This document shows positions 42,936 through 55,250 of a stretch of 64,000 nucleotides of DNA, piece after piece. A program made the position numbers and the translations under genes. This DNA is from the human T2T-CHM13v2.0 reference genome, Homo sapiens, in NCBI RefSeq assembly GCF_009914755.1, contig NC_060927.1; one strand, given 5' to 3'. A model generated the notes under the pieces. The model did not search any database and was not told where the DNA came from. It saw nothing but the letters and a program-made list of their open reading frames with translations. Each line of letters begins with the position of its first letter. Position 1 is the stretch's first letter.

Positions 42936-43440
42936 GTTGTCTGCATAAATTCTTTCATCAGGATGCAGATTAACAAATTATAACTGTGGGTGAGCAATAA
43001 TAAGATTCACCAGTTTTAGTGCCCATTATACGAGGTGCTCTACACACATTATTTCCTCCATTCTTTCCTATAAAAAAATTGAAGCTCAATTAATGTTAAT
43101 AATGAATATATTCTAAAAAGTTAATAAATGCCAATTTCTTGCTCAATGTCCATAGCTAGTAAGTCTCAGAGCTAGGGTTTCAAATCTAGTTCCATTTGAG
43201 TTGAAGTATATTCCCTAAGTGCTACACTGTGATTCAAAGTAGGAGACCCAGAAATGTCCTTGCAGCTTATCCATAAACATTTATTGAGGGCAAAGAATTT
43301 GCCAGGCACTGTTCTAACCTCAAGAGATATAATGTGGAACAGATAGACACGAGCTCTACCTTCCAGAATAAGGGTTCAAGTTTCTGCCAGTGTCTGAGAT
43401 ATAAAATTTTCTTGTATCAAATGACAAGTATACCTTTGTT

Positions 43441-43585
43441 ATTATTAGTATTGTTAATACTAATAATACTAATAATAATATATAACTAGTATTATTAATA
43501 ATACTAATAATAATATATAACTAGTATTAATAATACTAATAATAATATATAACTAGTATTATTAATAATACTAATTAGTAATACT
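43441..43585. repeat. AT-rich ~33-bp tandem repeat (x3)
   Basis: taataatactaataataatatataactagtatt unit repeated. Confidence 0.85.
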
Positions 43586-44093
43586 GTTCTATATTGAATA
43601 TAATCAATTTGCTTGGATTTCTGATATAGCCACAATAAATTTAAATAAAATTTTTTCTAACTATAATAGAATACTATGACATTTTTATTTGCTGTTACTA
43701 TAATAAAGGGAGTAAGAAGCCCTGTGTGTGTGCATGTGTGTACTCATGTTTTGGTTTCATTCATTGAAAAATTAGCATTAACCGTCACAGAATTGAAAAC
43801 TAGTAAACACTGAATTATAACTTGGATTGTTCTTACGTAGTGTGTGTCTTTGGGTTCAAACAAGGTTATCCAGTTGCCAGAGCATGTACTCTGGACAGGA
43901 ACAAAGAGGGATACTCACTAAATATACAAATAAATAAATAAATAAATAAATAAATAAATAGAGAAGAGTGAGATCGATAGAGAGAGCATGAGACATTGAG
44001 ATGATTTAGCTTTAAAACATTTATCTAAAATTATGAAAGCAGAAATTCTAGAAATAAACCCAATCTTAATTATCTGTGCACATGCAAGTTTTA

Positions 44094-44433
44094 TAGTCAC
44101 ATGCTGCATAATGAAGTTTTGGTCAATAATGGACCACATGTATGACAGTGGTCCAAATATGATAATATTGTATTTTTACTATAGCTTTTCTATGTTTAGA
44201 TATGTTAAGATACACAAATACTATTGAGTTATGATTGGCTACATTATTCAATACAATAATATTTGGTACAGGTTTTTACCTTAGGAGTAACAGGCTATAC
44301 CATGATGACTAGGTGTGTAGGAGGCTACGCTATCTAGTTTGCGTAAGTATACTGTATGATGTTCACACAATGACAAAATTGTCTAAAGATACATTTCTCA
44401 GAACCTATCCGATTATTAACTAATGCATGACTG
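44094..44433 (+). mobile_element. Tigger3a (MER7A/GOLEM_A) MITE
   Basis: Termini tagtcacatgctgcataatga / taatgcatgactg with TA on both sides; ~340 bp. Confidence 0.88.
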
Positions 44434-46200
44434 TAACTATTTTTATTTTGAGTTATATGAAATGAGAAAATCAAATGTAACAATGTTTTCAGTGATTTGG
44501 TTCTTCTAAAAACCTTAATCCAGTTGATTTTATTTTGAATCAACTGTTTAACATCTTTGTTTTACTACAGAAAGACTTTTGAAATGAACTGAAGCACACA
44601 CCATTTCAACAGTACATAAATAACATGTTAAACAACTTCTATGAATTACAGAGAGACAACTACTGCCACCTAATGTTGGCAATGCAAACTGCAGTAGCTT
44701 CTTTAATAAACATCTGCAACTTTTACAGCACATTGGACTAAACAAAAATGGTATCAATTTAATATGCAAATTACACTAAAATAAAATAATGGCAATGATA
44801 AATATGGAAACATGCATTAATATTAGAAATGAATAAGAATTAGAAAACAATTAGAAATGAATAAGAATTAGAAATTCTTATTAATATTAGAAATACACTG
44901 TTATATGTTATATGACTTTTATGTTAATACCTGACATTAATAAGTCTGATAAACTTTTTCATCATGCTATTTCTGTTATAATAAAAGCATAATATAAGAA
45001 CAATTACTTTTTATGACTTCATCTATGTTTTATAATTATACTGGAAAAATTACTAAATATGCAAGAATAATTGCTTTGCGTTTGCCAAGAAATAAAATCT
45101 AAATATTTGATAGTGTCTTTTTAATCATTTTGTGTTCAGGTGTTTAAATATTTCATAACTTTCCTTTTTCTCTTGAGAAGTATATTTTAAACATTTAGTT
45201 AAAACATATATATGTATGTTTGTATATATATAATAATGTTTATTATATAAGATGAATTACTGTAATGTCAAAGTTAGATCAGTCAGTCAGTACAATCACC
45301 TAATGGGGATGTGATAGTTCCTGAAGAGTCAGCAGAGATAATGTCCTACCTAACGAGATTTGTAGGTTGCTCAGATGACTGCATTGTCATATTGCCCACA
45401 ATTCCACTGTGTATGAATTTCAAGTCATTGTTTCTCCAGTTAAAGTGAGTTTCTCTTTAAGTTGACTATGTTATGTCTTCCATCATGTGTTTGTGTTTGT
45501 TGTGCCTTGTTGATATCAGTGCTCTTTGGAAGGGGCACATGGGACAGAGGATTCTGATGAGTAATCAGTGGGGAAAGCTAGTCCTGACTATGAGGTATGG
45601 CGGGATAGGGCAAGAGGGGATGTGCCTAGTGTGAGGCCTCTTTCACTCTGGCACTGAATTTCTAAGGGAACTCAGTGAAAGAGGAAATTTTGAGGGCAGT
45701 ATTGAAGGCCTAGGGAAACCTTTTGCCTTCTAAGCTATGTTAGCGGTAAAAGTCTGGGATTTAGAGTCAGAAGACCTCTATATATTGGTTCTATAACCCC
45801 TACTAAATCATCAATTAATTTTTCAAACCTTGGTTTAGTATTTATTTATAAAATGGATATGAAAATGCTTGTCTAAAACATGCATGATTGCTTGCTCACA
45901 TGATAGCTTATCCTTCCCCTAAATTGCTACAAGCTAGTGTAGTAATTAGACCATATATTGCTATAATGTGTCTCAGCTAATTATATCCCACTGGCTTTGT
46001 TGAAGCCATAGTTGGGCAATTTTATGGTGTGGAGAGAAAGATATTAATTTTTTAAGACACAAACTTGCTCAAGAGAGAAATATATTGCCATTTCCTTCAC
46101 GTAAGTCAGCAGTGACTTTGGAGGACAAATTTTCTGATACATAAAAAACTGGAAAAGCACTCCATTCTTAGTTTTAAATCTTCTAAACCGAGAATATATC

Positions 46201-46736
46201 TGTAAGAGAAACCATTAGTGTCCACCAAATACCCATTATCTCCTTTCTGTTTCCTACTTGCTTTTAGTTAGGGTGGGTCCATGTGACTAGTTTTCCAGTA
46301 AATGGACTATATGAAGAAGTGACATGTGTTCTTTCAGATGAAGAAAATTAAGAACCAGTGTGGTTCTGACATTTTTCTCCACCCCTGCTACAGGGATTTT
46401 GTGTATTCCAGATGATATATTAAGGCCAATATAATATAGCATAATGTAGTTTAATATAGTATAATATAATGTCATTATATAATATACAAAATTATAGTCA
46501 ATATATTATATAGAATACATAATACTACATATTTATAATATTAATTGTATATATTTTATATGTTATATGCAGTTACACATAATTTAATATATAATCATGT
46601 TATGTAATAGCCAAATAAGACTGACTGATTCACATTGAAACATGATTGTGACATGAGAGGAATAAATCTTTATTGTAAATCCCTAAGAATTTGGATTTTT
46701 TTTGACAGGCTTAATTACTATGACTAGTGTAATACT
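46201..46736 (+). mobile_element. Old MLT1 (I/J-like) LTR with AT-rich interruption
   Basis: agttagggtgggtccatgtgactagtt..gaagtgacatgtgt..aataaatctttattg. Confidence 0.6.
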
Positions 46737-48143
46737 TTAGGGTCAGAACAATTTGGCAAATATTTCATAATCTCATGTCTGTTCGCTGATGAATGGAAGC
46801 CATATTAGAATGTGGGAAATGATATTTTATTAGAGGAAGTTAACAGGTAGGAGAGATTTATCCTTGCTTAGAGAAAATGATATTCTAATGAGGCCAATTA
46901 TCATAATGTAATTGGAGTATTTGTTCTGGAAGTCATGAACTTTCCATGTCTTAATTATATCTGGGCTTAAAAACTCTTTTTTTAATAGATACTAGTTCAC
47001 AATTTTTTCATCTCTAGGTCCAAAGGAAAATATTTTGACAAATACAAGAGTGGGCTGGTGGACTGGACATCCAGAATTATGCCAACTAGTTGGGGTTGGG
47101 TGCAGGGGGCTACTCAAGAAAAGGAATACTGTCATCAAGACTTTGAGTTCTCTGGCACATACTGAGTTGGTTTCCTATCAAGTTAAACAGAATTCTTTTC
47201 TGCACTTATATTTTCTCTACCAGGCTCAGATTATCTATTTGAATCTAGATACATTTTGATAATCTTTGATGATGTTTATTCTATATACCCATGCTGTTAA
47301 TTATGTTGGTGCACCTGAACAAAACAATTTCTCATTTCAGATACAGGTATTTGTTTTTCTGTGGGCAATTTTGCATGTGTGGGAAAGAAATGTGTTACAC
47401 TGAAGAAAAATATTCCCATTATTTATACTTGGGTTATGGATGTTGGTGCCCAGAAAAGTGTAGGTCTTATATACATTTGTTATGTAGGTAAATGTACGAA
47501 TAAATGAATGGATGGATGGATAAAAGAGTGAATGAATCAATCCTGAATGGGAACACATGAAATCAATCAGGGAAATTTTCATGAATTCATTGTAAGGCAC
47601 ATAGTCATAGACTTCAATATATTTAATCATGCTTTGTTTATTGAAATTATTAGGATAAATATAACTGAAAAGATAGATTTTTAAATGTAAATCATATTTT
47701 TCTATTCAATTTATTTTTATGTATTTAATTTGCTTTACGCTGTTGCAAAGGGAATATTACCTTCTATTTCATCCTCTAACTTGTTGCTACTTGTTTACAG
47801 GAAGACAATTGTACTTTCTTAATTGATTCTATAGGCAACCAAACACAGGCATATCTCAGAGATACTGTGGGTTTGGCTCTAGACCCCTGCAACAAAATGA
47901 GTCACATGAATATTTTGGCTTCCCAGTGTACTTAAAAGTATGTTTATAGTATACTGTAGCCTATTAAGTATGCAATAGCGTTGTGTATAAAACACAATAT
48001 ATATAGCTTGATTTAAAAATACATTATTGCTAAAAAATGCTAGCAATCATCTAAGCCTTCAGCAAGTCATCATCATCTTCTGCTGGTGAAAGTTCTTGTT
48101 CCATATCGGATGGCTGATGACTGATCAGGGTGGTGGTTACTGA

Positions 48144-48466
<323 letters not shown>

Positions 48467-49851
48467 GGCAACTTCTTAAAATAAGACAATAAAGTTTGCC
48501 ACATAGATTGACTCTTCCTTTCAAGATATATTTCTCTGTAGCATGTGAGGCTGTTTGATAGCATTTTACCTACAGCACAACTTCTTTCAAAATTGAAGTC
48601 AGTCCTCTCAAACTCTGCTGCTGCTTTATCAACTATGTTTACGGAATACTCTAAATCCTGTATTGTCATTTCAACAGTGTTCACAACATTTTCACCAAGA
48701 GTAGATTATATCGCAATAAAACACTTTTTTTGCTCATCCGTAAGAAACAACTCTTTATTAGTTAGTTCTATCATGAGAATGCAGCAATTCAGTCACATTT
48801 TCAGGCTCCACTTTAAATTGTAGTTCTCTTTCTATTAATATTTTCACCACACCTGCAGTTACTTCCTCCATTAAAGGCTGGAACCCTTCAAAGTTATCCA
48901 TAGGGGTTGAAATCAATTTCTTCCAAACTGCTGTTAATGTTGATATTTTGACCTCCTTCCATGAACCACAAATGTTCTAAATGGCAGTTAGAATGGTGAA
49001 TTCTTTCCAGAAGGTTTTTAATTTAATTTGCCCAGATCCATCAGAGGAATCACTATGAATGGCAATGGTAGCTTCACAGATTGCATATCTTAAATAATAA
49101 GAATTGAAAGTTAAAATTACTTCTTGATCCATGGGCTGCAGAATAGATGTTGTGTTAGCAGGCATGAAAACAACATTAATCTCCTTGTGCATCTCTATCA
49201 GAGCTTTTGGAAGATTAGATGCATTGCTATTGAGCAGTAGTCTTTTGAAAGGAATCTTTTTTTCTGAGTAGCAGGTCTCAATAGCGGGTTTAAAACATTC
49301 AGTAAACCATACTGTAAGAAGATGTGCTGTCACTCAAATTTTGTTATTCCTTTTATAGCGCATAGGCAGAGTTGATTTGCATAATTATTAAGGGTCCTAG
49401 GATTTTCAGAATAGTCAGTGAGCACTGGCCTTAACTTCAACTCACTAGCTGCATTTTTCCCATAACAAGAGAGTCAGCCAGTCTACTTAATCTACAGTGA
49501 AAATCTGCTGTTTTGTGTAGTCACTTTCATAAATGATTTTAGCTTGATCTTCTGGAAAATTTGCTACAGTTTCTCCATCAGCACTTGCTGCTTCATCTTG
49601 CACTTTTATGCTTTGAAGATGGCTTCTTTCCCTAAAAATCTCATGAACTAACCTCTGCTAGCATCACTTTCTTCTGCAGTTTCCTTACCACTCACAGTCT
49701 TGATAGAATTCAAGAGAGTTATGGCCTTGTTCTGGATTAGATTTTGGGAATGTCATGGCTGGTTTAATCTTCCATCCAGACAACTCAAATTTTCTCCATA
49801 TCATCAATAATACTGTTTTACCCTCTTATTATTTGTGTGCTACTGGAGTTG

Positions 49852-50163
49852 ATTATTTTTTTTTTTTTTTTTTTTTTTTTTTGTGACAGAGTCTTACTAT
49901 GTCGCCCAGGCTTGAGTGCAATGGTGCGATCTTGGCTCACTGCAACCTCCAACTCCCGGGTTCAAGTCATTCTCTTGCCTAAGCCTCCCAAGTAGCTGGG
50001 ATTACAGTTGCCCGCCACCACGCCTGGCTAATTTTTGTGTTTTTAGTAGAGACAGGGTTTCACCATGTTGGACCAGGCTGATCTTGAACTCCTGGCCTCA
50101 GAGTATCCACCCACCTCGGCCCCTAAAAGTCCTGGGATTACAGCATGAGCCACTGTGCCCATC
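49852..50163 (-). mobile_element. AluS in Tigger1
   Basis: Long poly-T, full dimer, TSD ctggagttg. Confidence 0.93.
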
Positions 50164-50974
50164 CTGGAGTTGCACTTTTAATTTCCTTCAAGAACTTTTT
50201 ATTTTGTTTTCACAACTTGACTAATTGTTTGATGCAAGAGGTCTAATTTTTGGCAGATCTCAGCCTTCAATATGCCTTCCTCACTAAACATTTCTAGTTT
50301 TTTATTTAAAGAGACAGATGTGTGAATCTTTCTTTCACTTGAACACTGAGAGGCCATTGTAGGGTTATTACTTGGCCTAATTACAATATTGTTGTGTCTT
50401 AGGGAGTAGGAATGCCGAGTGGAAGAGAGATGGGGGAATGGCCAAGTGGTGGAGCAGTCAGAACACACACAACATTCATCATTTAATTTCACTCTCTTAT
50501 GTGGGTGCAGTTTGTAGCATCCCAAAACAATTACAATAGTAATATCAAAGATCACAGATCACCATAACAGTTATAATACTGATATAAAAATTTGAAACAA
50601 TGTGAGAATTACAAAAAAATGTGACACAGAAACATAAAGTGAGCACATGCTGTTGAAAAAATTGTGCCAATAGACTTGCTTGATGCAGGATTGCCACTGA
50701 CCTTCAATTTGTAAAAAATGCACTCTCTGCAAAATGCAATGAAATGCAATAAAATGAGGTACATCTGTAATTGAATATTTAGGCTATTTGTAATATTTTA
50801 AAATCTAAATTATTTTATCTTGAATTTTCAATTATATGATTAAGTGTACTATAAAAATGAAAAAAATCTCAAATTTTCAATTTTTCTGACTCTCATCTTT
50901 CAATTATATAATTGTGTTGGTTGATATCAATAGGGTAAAATTTGAAAATAGCTGTGATAGTGTTTTTTTCTTTT

Positions 50975-51060
50975 TTTTAAGACAGCAGAATAGAAGCTTT
51001 GTTGTTATGCTTTGCCCACTTGGAAATACAAAATAATATGAAAAGATTCACATTGTTACC
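50975..51060 (+). mobile_element. Probable extreme 5' end of the plus-strand L1 that resumes at ~58451
   Basis: aagacagcagaatagaagc resembles the L1 AAGATGGCnGAATAG start; near-TSD acattgttacctttt / acactgtgagctttt brackets the intervening L1. Confidence 0.55.
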
Positions 51061-53990
51061 TTTTAAAAAATCTTTATTTAACTTTTATTCAAAGTTCAAG
51101 GGTACATATGCAGGCTTGTTACATAGGTAAACTTGTGTCATGGTTTTGTTGCACAGATTATTTCATCACCCAGGTATTAAGCCTAGTGCCCACTAGTTAT
51201 TTTTCTGGATCCTCTCCCTCCTCCCACCCTCCACCCTCTAATAGGCCCCAGTATCTGTTGTTCTCGTGTATGTGTCCATGTGTTCTCATCATTTAGCTCC
51301 CACTTATAACTGAAAACATGCAGTATTTGGTTTTCTGTTCTTGCATTAGTTTGCTAAGGATAATTGCCTCCAGCCTCATCCATGTTTCTGCAAAGGACAT
51401 GATTCCATGGTCCATATATACCACATTTACTTTATCCAATTCACCACTGATGGACAATTAGGTTGATTTTCCATTTCTTTGCTATTGTGAATAGTGCTTC
51501 AATGAACATATGTGTGCATGTGTCTTTATAACAGAATAATTTATATTCCTTCGGGCATATACCCTGTAATTAGATTGCTGGGTTGAAGGTATTTCTATTT
51601 TTAGGTCTTTTAGGAATTACCACACTGTCTTCCACAATGGTTGAACTAATTTACACTCCACCAACACTGTATAACTGTTCCTTTTTCTCTGCAACTTAAC
51701 CAGCATTTGTTATTTTTTGACTTTTTAATAATTGCCATTTTGATTGGTGTGAGATGGTATCTCATTGTGTTTTGATTTTCACTTCTCTAATGATCAGTGA
51801 TGCTGAGCTTTCTTTTATATGATTGTTGGCTGCATGTATGCCTTCTTTTGAAAAGTGTCTGTTCATGTCATTTGCCCATGTTTTAATCAGGTTGATTTTT
51901 TTTCTTGTAAATTTGCTTAAGTTCCCTATAGATGCTGGATATTAGACCTTTGTCAGATGCATAGTTTGCAAAAATTTTCTCCCCTTCTGTAGGTTGTCTG
52001 CTTAATTTGTCAATAGTTTCCTTTGCTGTGCAGAAGCTCTTTAATTAGATCTCTTTTGTCATTTTTTTGCTTTTGTTTTAATTGCTTTTTGTGTCTTTGT
52101 CATGAAATCTTTGCCAGTTCTTATGTTCAGAATGATATTGCCTAGGTTGTCTTCCAGGGTTTTTATCCTTTTGGGTTTTATATTTAAGTCTTTAATCCAC
52201 CTTGAGTTAATTTTTGTATATGGTGTAAGGAAGGGGCCCTGTTTCAATCTTCTGCATATGGCTAGTCAGTTATCCCAGTACCATTTATTGAATAAGGAAT
52301 CCTTCCTTCATTGCTTGTTTTTATCAGGTTTATCAAAGATCAGATAGTTGTAGGTGTGTGGCCTTATTTCTGGGTTCTCCATTCTGTTTTATTAGTCTAT
52401 GTTTCTGTTTTTGTAACAGTATCCTGCTGTTTTGGTTACTGTATCCCTGTAGTATGGTTTGAAGTTGGGTAGCATGAGTCCTCCAGCTTTGTTCCTTTTG
52501 CTTAGGATTGTCTTGGCTATTTTGTGATCATTTTGGTTCCCTGTGAATTTTAAAATAGTTTTTTCTAGTTCTGTGAAGAATGTCAATGGTAGTTTAATAG
52601 GAACAACCTTGAATCTATAGGTTGCTTTGGACAGTATGGCCATAATGATATTGATTCTTCCTATCCATTAGCATGAAATGTTTTTCCATTTGTTTGTGTC
52701 ATCTCTGATTCATTTGGCAGCATTTTGTAGTTCTCCTTGTAGAGCTCTTTCACCTCCCTGGTTAGCTGTATTCCTAGGTATTTTATTCTTTTTGTGGCAG
52801 TTGTACATGAAATTGCCTTTCTGATTTGGCACTTGGCTTGGCTGTTGCTGGTTGTTAGGAATGCTAGTGATTTTTTGTACATTGATTTTGTATCCTGAAA
52901 CTTTGCTGAACTTGTTTATCAGCTGAAGGAGGAGCTTTTGGGCTGAGACTATGGAGTTTTCTAGATACAGGATCACGTCATCTGCAAATAGAGATAGTTG
53001 ACTTCCTCCCTTCCCATTTGGATGCCATTTATTTCCTTCTCTTGCCTCATTGCCCTGGCCAGGACTTCCAATACTATGTTGAATAGGAGTGCTGAGAGAG
53101 GGCATTCTTGCCTTGTGCCAGTTTTCAAGGGGAATGGTCCTAGCTTTTGCCCATTTAGTATGATGTGGGCTGTGGGTTCGTTATAGATGGCTCTTATTAT
53201 TTTGAGGTATGTTCCTTCAACACCTAGTTTATTGAAAGTTTTTAACATGAAAGGTGTTGAATATGATCAAAAGCCTTTTCTGCATCTATTGAGATAATCA
53301 TGTGGTTTTTGTCTTTAGTGTGATGAATTACATTTACTGATTTGCATATGTCAAACCAACCTTGCATCTCAGGGATAAATCCTACTTGATTGTGGTGGAT
53401 AAAATTTTTGATATGCTGCTGGATTCAATTTGCAAGTGTTTTTTGACAATTTTTGCATTGATGTTCACCAAAGATATTGGCCTGAAGCTTTCTTTTTATG
53501 TTGTGTCTCTGTCAGGTTTTGGTATCAGGATGATACTGGCCTCATAGAATGAGTAAGGGAGGAATCCCTCTTCCTCAATTTTTTTGGAATAGTTTCAGCA
53601 GGAATGGTACCAGCTCTTCTTTGTACATCTGGTAGAATTCAGCTATGACTCCATCTGGTTCTGGGCCTTTTTTGGTTGGTAGGCTATTTACTACTGATCA
53701 ATTTCAGAGCTCATTATTGGTCTGCTCAGGGATTCAGCTTCTTCCTTGTTCAGTCTTGGGAGAATGCATGTGTCCAGGAATTTATCCATTTCTTCTAGAG
53801 TTTCTAGTTTATGTGCATAGAAGTGTTCATAATATTCCCCAATGGTTGTATTTCTGTGGGGTGATTGGTAATATCTTGTCATTTTTGACTGTGTTTATTT
53901 GAATCTTCTCTCTGTTGTTCTTTATTAGCCTAGCTAGCAATCTATGTATTTTACTATTTTTTCAAAGAAACAGCTCCTGATTTGTTGATT

Positions 53991-54734
53991 TTTTTACAAG
54001 ATTTGAAAAGTTTATTATATGTAAGATATATGTTTACGGATAAGAAAGTCTCTAAAAACAAAAGAAAATGGAACTTTAAAAAAATTAGATTTTACATTTT
54101 TTACAACTCATTAATAAGATACCAAATTCAAGAGAGATTATAGTTACATTGTTAAATGTAATCTTCTTTGAATGAAAGCTAATAATAACTTAAACTGATG
54201 AATTACAAATACATTTATTTATTGGTGATTAGAAATAATACTTAAGAACTTCAGGGGCTTGAGTAGTAGTTTAAGCTACACAGAGCAAAGAAAATTCTTG
54301 TGTGTGTATATATATATATATACACACACAAAATATATATTTATTTATATATAAATTTATATAGATATTTAATTCCAGTAACATTTTCTTAAATTCCTGT
54401 TAAAAAATATTAAAGTCAGCAAAACGCCTTTGACTGATACCTGGATTATTTTACCACTTAACCTAGTTACACAGTGGTTTTTTTTTTCCTGTCATATGTA
54501 ACTGACAACTAGCTTTGTCTTTAAGATAAATGAAGTGATAACACCTATTGCAGCATCTTGTGGAAAATATTCAAACTACATTTAAAATGCTTTTGTAAAA
54601 TGGAAAAATCTATTTTTCTACAAGAAATTGTATATGTAAAACTATGGGTGGACTATGGTAATAGTAACTAAACTATATCTAACCCTGAAGGTAGAAAAAT
54701 CCCTGAAAAGAAATACACAGCCTAGTTATAATAT
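53991..54734 (-). pseudogene. Non-L1 retrocopy: 3'UTR-like mRNA fragment (processed pseudogene or orphan transduction), parent gene not identified
   Basis: Interrupts L1 ORF2; minus-strand AATAAA (TTTATT 54011-54016) ~15 nt from a short poly-A (T 53989-53995); degenerate TSD gatttgttgatttt / gattcattgatctttt; AT-rich, no ORF. Confidence 0.75.
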
Positions 54735-55181
54735 GGATTCATTGATCTTTTGAATAGTTTTTCGTGTTCAGTCTCCTTCAGTTCAGCTCTGATTTTGGTT
54801 ATTTCTTTTTTCTGCTAGCTTTGGAGTTGATTTTTTCTTGTTTCTCTAAATTCTTTCAGTTGCAATTTTACGTTGTTAGTTTGAGATCTTTCTAACTTTT
54901 TAATGTGGGCATTATTGCTATGAATTTCCCTCTGAACACTTCCTTAACTGTATCCCAGAGATTCTGGTATGCCTTATCTTTGTCCTCATTAGTTTCAGAG
55001 AACTTCCTGACTTCTACCTTAATTTTGTTATTTATCTAAAAGTCATTCAGGAGCAGGTTATTCAATTTCCATGTAATTGTATGGTTTTGAGTGAATTCAT
55101 TGTGCTGTGGCCCATGAGATTGTTTGTTATCTTTCAGTTATTTTGTATTTTCTGAGGAGTGTTTTCTTCTGATTATGTGAT

Positions 55182-55250
55182 ACATGAAAAACCATTCAAA
55201 AGATCAATGAATCCATATTATAACTAGGCTGCGTATTTCTTTTCAGGGAT
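55182..55250. repeat. 69-bp inverted copy of 54699-54767
   Basis: Manual comparison with the reverse complement: 66/69 identical. Confidence 0.95.

Noticed and set aside
44560-45160. Possible ancient hAT transposon remnant and CTCF-like motif (ctgccaccta at ~44663)
   Set aside because: Too degenerate to support by eye.
46990-47350. Acceptor-like sites (catctctag, ctcatttcag) as possible exons
   Set aside because: No consistent exon with a recognisable reading frame; such motifs are common by chance in AT-rich DNA.
48977-49333. TIGD1-like coding region
   Set aside because: Fragment of a disrupted Tigger1 transposase between terminal repeats; not an intact gene.
53991-54734. Naming the parent gene of the retrocopy
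   Set aside because: It reads like an mRNA 3'UTR, but I cannot identify the gene reliably without a search.
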